Positions 26,219 through 38,099 of a stretch of 64,000 bases of DNA are shown in pieces. The stretch is from Octopus sinensis (taxonomy: Eukaryota): assembly GCF_006345805.1 (NCBI RefSeq), contig NC_043007.1, positions 10,664,001-10,728,000 of the forward strand, given 5' to 3'. Numbering within the stretch: the stretch's first letter is position 1; each line of letters opens with the position of its first letter. The notes beneath the pieces are model-generated. The model saw nothing but the letters and a program-made list of their open reading frames with translations. It was not told the DNA's origin and ran no database searches. Both the position numbers and the translations under genes were made by a program.

Positions 26219-27394
26219 TTAAGCAACTTTCTTCTTTTCAAAGCAATAAACAATTTTCATCTGAAATTCGCTTGGCAACAAAAGCATATTTGATAGTTCA
26301 GATGGCTTATATTTAAATGATTTGTCCTCATTTTTTTTATAAAAGAGTATTTTCTTTAAAGGGTTTTCTTTTCCAGCACTATAATCCAAATTAGCTTCAC
26401 AGAATAACATTCCCTCTTTTTTGCCTTGATCCTTTCCAACTTTGCATGTGCCTTTGTATTCATAAGACCGATGGATTATATCCTTCAATTTATTCTGGGC
26501 CTCTTTGAGACTTTCATTATCCTCATTCTTTAATATCTCTTCCAAAATACAATCTGTAAAATAAGTAAATTCCTTCATATCGTCGACCTTTTCGAAGATT
26601 TTCAGGTGTTTATCTGCGGATTTGAAGGCCTCGCCAAGTAGTTTATTAAACAAAAGAACAGTTTTGTGTTGGTAAGCTGTTTTATGTAATCGATATCGTG
26701 CATAGAACATATCATAGAAATTATCAAGACATTTGTCTCTGTAGCATATTTCACCATCTATTACTTTGGACATTTTCATCATTCTCTCGTGATCAAATGA
26801 TTTTCCAATGCCAAGAAAATGAGAATCTCTCGCCAGATAATCCCATTTATTAACATCGATATAATTGGTTTTATTGTTGACAATTTGATAAAAAAATTTT
26901 GGTTTATTAGAATTTTTTGGTTCACCAATAATAATATCTTTTATGAAAGCAATTTCACCATCCTTAAATTGTTTTTCAATGTGTGAGTTTTCGGCAAGAA
27001 GGTAATCCAACATTTCGCACGTTGCATTTTCATTTTCCCACTTTTCACCTCCATTTTCCTCTCGATATTGGTTGATACTTTCTTGAAAGACGTAAGAGAA
27101 AGGGCCATGTCCTAAATTATGACACAAACCAGCAATTTCAACACAAAGCATATCTCGATCAGATATTTCCAGATCGGAATTTTGCTGTTTAAGATGGCAA
27201 ATCATTTTCCCAGCAAGATGACATGTCCCTAAACAATGCTCAAATCTATTATGTGAAGCTGATGGATAAACGTAATAACACAAACCTAATTGCTTGATAT
27301 TACGCAATCTCTGAAATTGTATTGTATTGATAATATCTACACAGAGTGGTTGAAGCTCCATGGTTCCATGAATAGCATCATGATAAATGGCCAT
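26219..27394 (-). CDS. SAMHD1: SAMHD1-like HD-domain protein, copy 3, intact ORF with degenerate active site (391 aa)
   Basis: Single-exon ORF; HNRFEH is retained, but CHNLGHGPFSY, WENENAT and IDVNKWDY replace [18 protein letters not shown] and IDVDKWDY. Confidence 0.9.
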   Translation of the reverse strand: MAIYHDAIHGTMELQPLCVDIINTIQFQRLRNIKQLGLCYYVYPSASHNRFEHCLGTCHLAGKMICHLKQQNSDLEISDRDMLCVEIAGLCHNLGHGPFSYVFQESINQYREENGGEKWENENATCEMLDYLLAENSHIEKQFKDGEIAFIKDIIIGEPKNSNKPKFFYQIVNNKTNYIDVNKWDYLARDSHFLGIGKSFDHERMMKMSKVIDGEICYRDKCLDNFYDMFYARYRLHKTAYQHKTVLLFNKLLGEAFKSADKHLKIFEKVDDMKEFTYFTDCILEEILKNEDNESLKEAQNKLKDIIHRSYEYKGTCKVGKDQGKKEGMLFCEANLDYSAGKENPLKKILFYKKNEDKSFKYKPSELSNMLLLPSEFQMKIVYCFEKKKVA

Positions 27395-27795
27395 TATTAA
27401 ATTATTAGGAAACTATCTAACCTGCTTTTTGATTGTCCTTTATGTCGCTGTTACTTCGAGTGTTGGGACTGAAATGTGGAGTAGACATATGAATTATCCA
27501 GGTATGTTCAGTACGATATTTCTAATAATTGATTTCAAAAGATCTCGGTCGTATTAGCATTTAGATGTCGAATATCACAAATAACAAGCGATCCAAAGTG
27601 TCTCTGTTGTCGGTAGCGACGCAACGAAATAAACTGTAATGTTACATCAAATGTTTGCCTCAAAAATTGGGTGTGGTTGTCAGCTGATTTTAAGAAAGTG
27701 AAAGTAGAATTGTCCAATGAGAGAAGCGCTGTAAAGAAGTGTGTGTAGTTGAGAAACTGAAAGTGAAAATTGTACGGCAGTGCTGCCACTACTGC
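27365..27795. repeat. Inverted repeat arm (partner about 29728-30160)
   Basis: About 410 bp of upstream sequence plus the first ~10 codons are almost identical in inverted orientation; overlapping spurious ORFs 27535..28026 and 29636..29989 encode nearly the same peptide. Confidence 0.9.
27694..27776 (-). promoter_or_regulatory. Upstream module of copy 3: GAAAGTGAAAGT, CCAAT, GAAACTGAAAGTGAAA (IRF/ISRE-like; also the terminal inverted motif)
   Basis: Motifs read directly at 27694-27705, about 27714 and 27753-27768; homologous modules lie upstream of the other two intact copies. Function is inferred. Confidence 0.5.
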
Positions 27796-27866
27796 TGATA
27801 ATAATAATAATAATAGACCAACTGCTACTACTACTACTACTACTACAAATAATAACAATAATAATA

Positions 27867-27945
<79 letters not shown>

Positions 27946-28109
27946 AAGAAGAAGAAGAAGAAGGAGAAGAAGAAGAAGACTCAGAGAGCGCAAACCTCCG
28001 CCAAGGCAACACCAACGTCCTCTCAACGATTAGCCAGAGATGGTTTTTAAAATGAGAATATCTGAAATAAAATCGACTGTTTACACAAACGAGAATACTA
28101 AAAATGAAC

Positions 28110-28146
<37 letters not shown>

Positions 28147-28322
28147 TAGCTGCTAAGATCGGTTTCACCGCTTTCCGTGAAAAAAATAATATTTTTTTTA
28201 ATATGGGGTTGGAGGAAAGGGTATCTCTTGAAGTCGGCGTGAAAGTGAAAGAGACAGAGAGGGCGCGATTGTAGGAGTGAAGTTCTTTAGAAGTCGGCGT
28301 GAAGCTTAAGAATTGATGTGCG

Positions 28323-28355
<33 letters not shown>

Positions 28356-28465
28356 AATTGTGTGTGTTGTGTGTGTGATTATTATTATCATTATTATTAT
28401 TATCATAATTATTATTATTATTATTATTATTATCATCATTATTATTATCATTATTATTATTATTA

Positions 28466-28508
<43 letters not shown>

Positions 28509-28841
28509 CATTATTATTATTATTATCATTATTATTATTATTATTATTATTATCATCATTAGTATTATTATCATCATTAGTATTATTATTACACCTGTCC
28601 CAAATGTTAGGGTACCCATGATTTTTATAGGGTTTTTCTGTGAGCAGCCTTCAAACATCTTCTCCATATTGAGGATTACAAATTGTTGAATATTTTTTTT
28701 TTATTATTATGTTAATCTTCTTTACAACAACACACTCTCACCAACATACACACAAACATTTTTTGTTTTGTCCCGGACTGTTCGTAATATTTTGCTTAAT
28801 GCAAACCATTTGTGGTGAATAGAGAAATCATCATCACCATC

Positions 28842-28873
<32 letters not shown>

Positions 28874-29005
28874 CAGCAGCAGCAGCAGTAGTAGTAATAG
28901 TAGTAATAGTAGTAGTATTAAGAGTAGTAGCAGCAGCAGGAGCAGTTGCTGTGCCGTACAAGTTTCACTTTCTGTTTCACAATCACACCTAGTTCTTTAC
29001 AGCCG

Positions 29006-29124
<119 letters not shown>

Positions 29125-29301
29125 CAGTAGAAGTAGCAGTAGCGGCAGCAGTAGCAGCAGCGGCAGCGGTTCCAGTGCCGTGCAAATTTCACTTTCAGTT
29201 TCACAACCACACTCAGTTCTTTACAGCCGTAGTAGTACTAGTAGTAGTAATGGTGGTGGTGGTGGTGATGGTTGCGTGTTTTCCACCAAACATAAACAGC
29301 C

Positions 29302-29394
<93 letters not shown>

Positions 29395-29747
29395 CATCAT
29401 CATCATCATCATCATTATTATTGAATGAGAGAGCAGTGCATGCCATTAAAGTGACACTGGGGTAAAATATACGAAGCCCAGTATACCCATCAGGACTACC
29501 CGTCTGATAAGGGTACACTAGGCACATGCATCACAACCATATGGGCGCGACATGGTGATCTCATATCAAGATAAACAGCGCATGACCTTCCATGTGGGGC
29601 CCAGTTTGAATTTTCTTCTGGTCGAGTAGCCCATCGTGCTCCAAAGGTCCCTGAATAAGGATTGTTTTCTATTAGTAGTAGTAGTTGTTGTTTTTGTTGT
29701 TGTTGTTCCATTATCATTAACATTATTAGCAGTAGTGGCAGCACTGC

Positions 29748-29830
29748 CGTACAATTTTCACTTTCAGTTTCTCAACTACACACACTTCTTTACAGCGCTT
29801 CTCTCATTGGACAATACAACTTTCACTTTC
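29748..29830 (+). promoter_or_regulatory. Upstream module of copy 4 (CGTACAATTTTCACTTTCAGTTTC...ATTGG...ACTTTCACTTTC)
   Basis: Inverted counterpart of 27694-27776. Confidence 0.5.
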
Positions 29831-30129
29831 TTAAAATCAGCTGACAACCACACCCAATTTTTGAGGCAAACATTTGATGTAACATCACTGTTTATTTCGT
29901 TGCGTCGCTACCGACAACAGAGACACTTTGGATCGCTTGTTATTTGTGATATTCGACATCTAAATGCTAATACGACCGAGATCTTTTGAAATCAATTATT
30001 AGAAATATCGTACTGAACATACCTGGATAATTCATATGTCTACTCCACATTTCAGACCCAACACTCGAAGTAACAGCGACATAAAGGACAATCAAAAAGC
30101 AGGTTAGATAGTTTCCTAATAATTTAATA

Positions 30130-31299
30130 ATGGCCATTTATCATGATGCTATTCATGGATCTATGGAGCTTCCGCCACTCTGTGTTGATATTATCAATAC
30201 AATACAATTTCAGAGATTACGTAATATAAAACAATTAAGTTTGGTTAATTACGTTTATCCATCGGCTTCACATAATAGATTCGAGCATTGTCTAGGAACG
30301 TGTTACCTAGCTGGGAAAATGGTTCGCCATCTTAAACAGCAAAATCCCGATCTGGAAATATCTGATCGAGATATGCTTTGTGTTGAAATTGCTGGTTTGT
30401 GTCATGATTTAGGACATGCGCCTTTTTCTCATGTCTTTCAAGAAATTATCAACGAGTATCGCAAGGAAAATGGAGGTGAAGAGTGGGAACATGAAGATGC
30501 ATCATGTGAAATGTTGGGGCATCTTTTTAAAGAGAACCCACATATTAAAGGAGAACTTAAGTCTGATGAAATTGATTTCATAAAAGATCTCATTACTGGT
30601 AAACCAGAAAAATCTCAGAGACCAAAATTTCTTTACCAAATCATCAACAATAAATCCTATAACATCGACGTTGATAAATGGGATTACCTAGCTAGAGATT
30701 CCCATTTTCTTGGTTTTGGAAAATCCTTTGATCACGAAAGAATGATGAAAATGTCCAAAGTAATAGGTGATCAAATATGCTACAGAGACAAAAGTCTTGA
30801 TAATTTCTATGATATGTTTTATGCACGATATCGATTACATAAAACTGCTTGCAAACACAAAACTGCTCTTCTTTTTAATAAACTACTTGATAAAGTTTTC
30901 AACTCTGCCAATGAACAACTACAAATTTTCGAAAAGGTCGACGATATGAAGGAGTTTACTTATTTTACAGATAGTATTTTGGAGGAGATATTAAAGAATG
31001 AGGATAATGAAAGTCTCAAAGAGGCCCGGAAGAAATTGAAGGATATAATCTCTCGGTCTTATAAATACAAAGGCACAGACGGAGATGAAAATGACCAGGA
31101 CGGAAACCAAGACAAAATATTATGTGAAGCCGGTTTTGATTATGGAGCTAGGGAAGGAAACCCGTTAGAGAAGATACCATTTTATAAAAAAGATGAAACC
31201 GAATCATTCACATATAGTCAAGAAGAACTAGACGAGAATCTTTTGCTGCCAAGCGACTTTCATATGAATATCACTCACTACTTTGAAAAGGAAAGTTAA
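30130..31299 (+). CDS. SAMHD1: SAMHD1-like HD-domain dNTP triphosphohydrolase, copy 4 (389 aa)
   Basis: Single-exon ORF with [36 protein letters not shown] and DYG..GNPL motifs; no SAM domain. Confidence 0.92.
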   Translation: MAIYHDAIHGSMELPPLCVDIINTIQFQRLRNIKQLSLVNYVYPSASHNRFEHCLGTCYLAGKMVRHLKQQNPDLEISDRDMLCVEIAGLCHDLGHAPFSHVFQEIINEYRKENGGEEWEHEDASCEMLGHLFKENPHIKGELKSDEIDFIKDLITGKPEKSQRPKFLYQIINNKSYNIDVDKWDYLARDSHFLGFGKSFDHERMMKMSKVIGDQICYRDKSLDNFYDMFYARYRLHKTACKHKTALLFNKLLDKVFNSANEQLQIFEKVDDMKEFTYFTDSILEEILKNEDNESLKEARKKLKDIISRSYKYKGTDGDENDQDGNQDKILCEAGFDYGAREGNPLEKIPFYKKDETESFTYSQEELDENLLLPSDFHMNITHYFEKES

Positions 31300-31714
31300 A
31301 GCCTAAAAAGATGGCAGTTGCAAGATAAAAGTGAGTGATTTTTAAAAATTGTCAATTAATGAAAAATAGAAAAGCAACAATCAAGCGAAAACGAAAAAAA
31401 AAAAAAGAGAAGAAACAGATAAAAAGATAAAACCAACTTCGTAAAAGTTAGAAATGATAAAAATATTGAAAGAGTCAAAGGTTAAAAATACTAAACGAAC
31501 AATAATCTTTTTTCTACAGGAAGTATTTGATTGGCTTAGATTTCATCAAACTTTAAATGTATTTTCTTACTTTTAAAATATAACATTTCATTGTGTAACC
31601 TATAGTTTTGGAACACGTGTAACACGTTAAGTAGAGGTATTTTTTAGATTTGCTTATCATACCCCACCTCATACACGCACACACACAATCAGACACACAA
31701 ATGCAGACTCTCTC

Positions 31715-31748
<34 letters not shown>

Positions 31749-31872
31749 AACACATATATACACGCACGTAAACACGCGGATATACAAGCATAGCGAGACG
31801 AAGTACTTTCTTGGCAGTAGGTAAATACTGAAAGTGAAACTTGTACGCTACTACTACTACTACTACTACTAC

Positions 31873-31914
<42 letters not shown>

Positions 31915-31949
31915 TAATAATAATAATAATAATAATAACAACAACAATA

Positions 31950-32290
31950 ATAATCGACCCCAGGACTTATCCTTTGTAAGCCTAGTACTTATTCTATCGG
32001 TCTCTTTTGCCTAACAGCTAGGTTACGGGGATGTAAACACACCAGCATCGGTTGTCAAGCGATGTTGGGGAGGGAGGGAACAAACGCAGACACACAAACA
32101 TATATACACACACATACATATATACATATATACGACGGGTTTCTTTCAGTTTCCGTCTACCAAATCCACTCACAAGGCTTTGGTCGGCCCGAGGCTATAG
32201 TAGAAGACACTTGCCCAAGGTGCCACGCAGTGGGACTGAACCCGGAACCACGTGGTTGGTAAACAAGCTACTTACCACACAGCCACTCCT
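31950..32290 (-). mobile_element. SINE family A, truncated at AATCGACCCC
   Basis: Family A consensus; same truncation point as 61758-62092. Confidence 0.75.
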
Positions 32291-35200
32291 ATGCCTATCT
32301 CTAGAGATATCCTATAGAAATTACAGCCAACATTAAATTTTTGTTACGACGTTTTGTATCGGAGACCTCAGGTGCACGCAAACATCTTCGGTTTCATTGT
32401 TTGTTTACATTTGACGTTACGGATAAAAAAAAATCGTCGTAGTAGAAATCCGTACAGTGATGTTAAGCGCACTGGGCAGGACTTCCTTTTGTACCCACCA
32501 AACTCACGCCTTTTTTTTCTTCTACACAAACCCCTGTTTTCGGCTACGGAGAATACGAATCTGCAAAAAAAATTGGCAAAAATCGGCATTTTGAAATTCA
32601 ACCCACCCCCACTAATTTCTTTTTTTTTTTTTTTTTTTTTCCGAAATATGCGGAAAAACACGAAGATTATGATCCTGAAAACAATTTCAAAAAATTTCTT
32701 GTAAAATTTCAATTAAAAAACAAAAATGACACTTACCCCTCCCCTCGCAGTATGCACCTACTTATTTCATTTTATTTTTTTTTTTGTCTTGTTTTTGTTT
32801 TGTTTTATTTTCAAAATATGCGGAAAAATACGAAGATTATGATTCTGAAAAAAAATTTCAAAAAACTTTTGTAGTTAGTGTTAGGGAAAAAAGTTTTTAA
32901 AAAATGGAGAAATTGGGAGGAAGTAGCGGGGGCGGAATTTCAAAATGCCGATTTTTGGCAATTTTCCGGAATCTCCGTATCCGAAAACAGGGATTTTTTA
33001 GGAAAAAAACAAAAACAAGGAGGAATGAGGGGGATAGAAGGAAGTCTTTCCGCGCACTGTTAACATAGTAGAACACCAGGTGCGGTCCCAGGAATTTTTC
33101 GAATGGAGGGCACAAGGTCATGGCATTATTTAGAAGGGCGCACTTCTATTCTTGATGCGAGGAGGAAATCGCCCCTCAGCCCCCGCTTCCCAGGGTCCGC
33201 AGCTGAACATGGTATTGACTTATAAAAGCGTTTAATATATTTCATGGTATATTATAGTTGCATAACGAAATACCATATGCCTACGAGTCGTTAATATATT
33301 ATCATTATTCTTTTATGTGTATAATTAATCTTGTTTAGTGTGTTTGTACCATGTATTCATATTTACATTACCATTATGTAAAGGATGTGTTTAAATGAAT
33401 ATATATATATTTGTGAATATATATATATTTGTTTATGTAAGAAAATCATATATATAAATTTGTCAGTGTGTATGTGTATTAATATTCAACTATTCCATTT
33501 ATATTTAATATAGGAACTAAATTGTCGCCTTTCATTTGAAGTACACTGATTATAAATACCGTAAATCCTCGAGTATAATCCGCATTTTTTCCCAAAATTT
33601 AAAGGTCAAAATCCCTAGTGCGTACTATATACGTGGTTAAAAATGAAAATTATTTTCTAAGCAATATCCGAGTCTCTATTTGCTGTCCGGCAATGTTTAT
33701 TCAGACGCATTTTGTTATGTTGGGCGCGAAAATACCTTAAGCTAAGCCTGAAAGCAATGAAGTCATAAAGGAATCATCCATAACTTGCAGTTAGCAACAT
33801 TTATTAAACGTTATTACTGTTATTTCTTTATTTTCTGCAAACATAATGCACAAAAAAGCTACACGTTTGCATTAGGTTATATATACAACAGGCAGTCTCG
33901 CCCGGCGTTGCTCGGGTTTGTAAGGGAAATAACTATATAAGCATTTTTAGAGAGCAAAAAATGCATTAAAAAGGGAAAAAAATGATGGTAATTTTTTTTT
34001 TAAATCGTAGACTCATCGTAGACATTTTTAGAGAGTTACTTCCCTTATATAAAAGCAAAAAAATGCATTAAAAATGGAAAAAGATGATGGTAAATTTTTT
34101 TTAAATCGTAGACTCATCGTAGACGCGCGCTAATACCCAGAAGGGCTCGATATGAATCATGACTATAAGATATTTGGTTAAACTGCACCGAAAAATGTGG
34201 GAGTAGATAGGAATCTAAATCGTAGGAGACAGACAGCACACAACCTTAAGAAATATCAACCAAATAATCCACCATTTTTAAAACAAGGGATGACTCATTT
34301 GGTAATATAGACATTTTTTAAAAGACAGGATTCCCATAAATTAAAATGTCTTAGAACGTAGGCTTTCGCAACCAAGAGAAACTAAGATAGCAACAACAAC
34401 AACAACAACAATAACCGTTACATTATTCAGAATTCTTCTATTAGTTAAACTGGCTGCAACCAACACTTGCTCATTCTTTTCTTTTCCCTTTGTTCCTCTA
34501 GATGTACAGGACAAAGATATGTTATCTATAATCTCTGAATTATTAAAAATATTTGTGTCCTGTACCTTGAACTGCTAAGATTTTTTAAAATTGTTATCAT
34601 TTGTCAGATTAGTTCCAACTTGATTTTTGGTTCCAATTGCTAATCTTTGAGATGAATCCTAAGTTCTATTCTCTTTTTTTTCCCAACATCTCTGTCTCTC
34701 TCTCTCTCCCTCTTTGTCTGTCTGTCTCTCTTATTTCACCAGGAACAAAATACATAATACTTTCATTTTACTTGATTATTTTAAATACATTATGATTTCG
34801 CTTATCTAGATATACATATATACATATATACGACGGGCTTCTTTCAGTTTCCGTCTACCAAATCCACTCACAAGGCATTGGTCGGCCCGGGGCTATAGCA
34901 GAAGACACTTACCCAAGATGCCACGCAGTGGGACTGAACCCGGAACCATATGGTTGATTAGCAAGCTACTTACCACACACAGCCACTCCTGTGCCTATAT
35001 AGTCATTGGTGTTATGTTACTTTCTGTATTCTGTAACTATCACAATATACTTTTGTAGGCCTGAAATATTTGTGGGAAGGGGGCCAGTTGATTAGATCAA
35101 CCTCAGTACACAACTGGTATTTAATTTATTGATCCCAAAAGGACGAAAGGTAAAGTCGATCTTTGAAGAATTTGAACTCAGAATGCAAAGACAGACGGTC

Positions 35201-35330
35201 ATAATATGTAAACATTTCTTACAGTATCAGTACATTGTTTATAGATGCTTACATTTTTTATGTTTTCCATAAATTTTTCACGGATTTAGCTAGTTATTAC
35301 TATTCTGTTAGTAGTAGTAATAATAATAAT

Positions 35331-35364
<34 letters not shown>

Positions 35365-35943
35365 GCCCTGATGCAGTACCAGGCAGTGGCTCTCATGGCT
35401 TCTGATCTTAACTGATTGGAAGTGTTATCATGTACATTGTTTTGTGTTGGTATAACAGATGGGCTACAGCAAATATTCTGCTCAATACCACAGATTTGCT
35501 TGTCAGTTGTTTGACCTTAACCAGTTGAGCATGTCCCTTAGTGGCTGACGATATGTGCATCTCTGATCACGAGCAGAAGTAGTGGGGGAGCATCATAGCC
35601 AGGTGTTGAGAGGGATTCTTTGGGGTTTGAATAATTCACCTTTGGAAACAGGGGTGTTTCATTCAACATCCTTAAACAATCCTTATTCAGGGACCTTTCG
35701 AGTGGGATGGGTTACTCGACCTGAAGAAAATTCTAACTGGGCCCCACCTGCAAGATCATGTGCTGTTTATTTTGATATGAGATCACCATGTCACGCACAT
35801 ATGGTTGTGATGCATGTGCCTAGTGTACCCTTATCAGACGGGTAGTCATGATGGGTATACTGGGCTTCGTATATTTTACCCCAGTGTCACTTTGATGGCA
35901 TGCACTGCTCTCTCACTCAATAATAATAATAATAATAATAATA

Positions 35944-35983
<40 letters not shown>

Positions 35984-35989
35984 TAATAA

Positions 35990-36020
<31 letters not shown>

Positions 36021-36614
36021 AAGAAGAAGAAGAACAACAAGAAGAAGAACAAGAAGAACAAGAAGAACAAGAAGAACAAGAAGAAAAACAACAACAACAA
36101 CTACAGCAGCAGCAATGCAATATGTTAACCATTTATTAATTTGCTATAAAGATAGGACGAATGAATATTATTAATTTGTATAAAATGATTAATAAAAAGG
36201 TATGTAAAAAAATCATTATTGTTTTGTTGTTGTTTTATTAAGTTTTCTTTGATTACTGTGGTGAAAGAGTTTGTATAATGGACTCATTCGAAAAGTTTGA
36301 GGGGTCATTTTTTTTTTTTTTTCTGCCTGGCTCTCTCACTATTTACTTCAAGTACCACTTGAAAAGTTACGTGAGGATAGAAAAGTGGAGAGGAGTGGAG
36401 TGCTGTTTTAAAGTGTGTTTAATGATAGTTCAGTGACAGTGGTATGACTGGTGAGACAGAATGACCTCCTCTAAATATGTTTTTCTAGGAAACTGAGTGA
36501 ACACTTGTTAAAAATCAAATAACGACAGAAGACGAGGAATCTGAAAATTATCTTAATATGAAATTTGACACAATTCCCCATGGAATTTTGGAGATTTTAC
36601 AAAAAATTTGCCGT

Positions 36615-37005
36615 AGCTTGTTTACCAACCACATGGTTCCGGGTTCAGTCCCACTGCGTGGCACCTTGGGCGAGTGTCTTCTACTATAGTCTCGGGCCGA
36701 CCAAAGCCTTGTGAGTGGATTTGGTAGACGGAAACTGAAAGAAGCCCATCGTATGTATGTATATATATATATGCATGTGTGTGTGTTTGTGTGTCTGTGT
36801 TTGTGTGTCTGTGTTTGTCACCCTAGCATTGCTTGACAACCGATGCCGGTGTGTTTATGTCCCTGTTACTTAGCGGTTCGGCAAAAGAGACCGATAGAAT
36901 AAGTACTGCGCTTACAAAAGAATAAGTCCCGGGGTCGAGTTGCTCGATTAAAGGCAGTGGACCAGCATGGCCGCAGTCAAAATGACTGAAACAAGTAAAA
37001 GAGAG
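36615..37005 (+). mobile_element. SINE family A
   Basis: GTAGCTTGTTTACCAACCACATGGTTCCGGGTTCAGTCCC...GACTGAAACAAGTAAAAGAG. Confidence 0.8.
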
Positions 37006-37024
37006 AGAGAGTCCTAAAAAAAAA

Positions 37025-37345
37025 GACTCCGCCGGTTACGACGACGAGGGTCCCAGCTGATACGATCAATGGAACAGCTTGCTCATGAAATTAACGTGCA
37101 AATGGCTGAGCATTCCACAGACACGTGTACCCTTAACGTAGTTCTCGGGGATAATCAGCGTGATACAGAGAGTGACAAGGCTGACCCTTTGAAATACAAG
37201 TACAACTCATTTTTGCCAGCTGAGTGGACTGGAGCAACGTGAAATAAAGTGTCTTGCTCAAGGACACAATGCGTCGCCGGGAATCGAACTCACAACCTTA
37301 CGATCATGAGCCGAATGCCCTAACCAGTAAGCCACGCGCCCTCAC
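37025..37345 (-). mobile_element. tRNA-derived SINE family D
   Basis: Reverse complement of 56294-56613 (GAGGGCGCGTGGCTTA...GAGTTCGATTCCCGGCG...GTGTCCTTGAGCAAGACAC). Confidence 0.75.
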
Positions 37346-37539
37346 GAGAGAGAGAGTAAAGAGTAATACAAGGGCCTTTTAAAAGACATCTGGAAAAGAA
37401 CATAGACCACACATAGAACACATGCAGTTAGCCCCATTTTTTATGTCTACGTGATATATTCATCTTGTGGGCTAATTGGTTCTGGTGGTAGAGTAGCAGC
37501 ACTTATCTGGAAAGAATTGGAGCGATATAAACAATCTTC

Positions 37540-38065
37540 CTGGAAGGGATGGGAGTAAGTCTGTGATCCTTATCTCCTCAAAGACATACAGCATCTCGAA
37601 AGAGTCCAGAAGCTGGCTACTCGCATGGATCATGGTCTCAAGAATTTGTCTTATGAAGAAAGGCTGAAGACGCTTGACCTTTATTCTCTAGAAAAACGCC
37701 GCCGCCGTGGTGATCTCATTCTCGCTCACAACATCACAAGCGGAAAGTGTAACCTCTCAAAAGAGCTGTTCTTCACTCCTGCTCCAGAGCGTCGGCTGCG
37801 GGGGTTATTCCGAAAAGCTCTACCTGCGACGATTTCATCTCAATCGAAGGAGAGGAGCTTTCTCCGTCCGGGTTGCGGATCCGTGGAACAAGCTGCCAGA
37901 CGAGATGGTGAAGATGCCGACGACCGCTTTGTTCAAAGTCTCCCTTGACCTCAAGTGGCCTGAACTCTTTACATGAACACCACCTTGTACTTAACTCCAT
38001 GTCCCCCTACATGGCCTTGCTTTTTGCTTTTGAGCCAAAAAATTAACTAACTAACTAACTAACTA
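37540..38065 (+). mobile_element. CR1/L2-clade LINE 3-prime fragment
   Basis: Peptides LKNLSYEERLKTLDLYSLEKRRRRGDLI and FSVRVADPWNKLPDEMV are typical of the CR1 ORF2 C-terminus; the fragment ends in a (TAAC)n tail. Confidence 0.85.
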
Positions 38066-38099
38066 TATGTAAATTATAGTTAAAAGCAGTACCTTTAGC

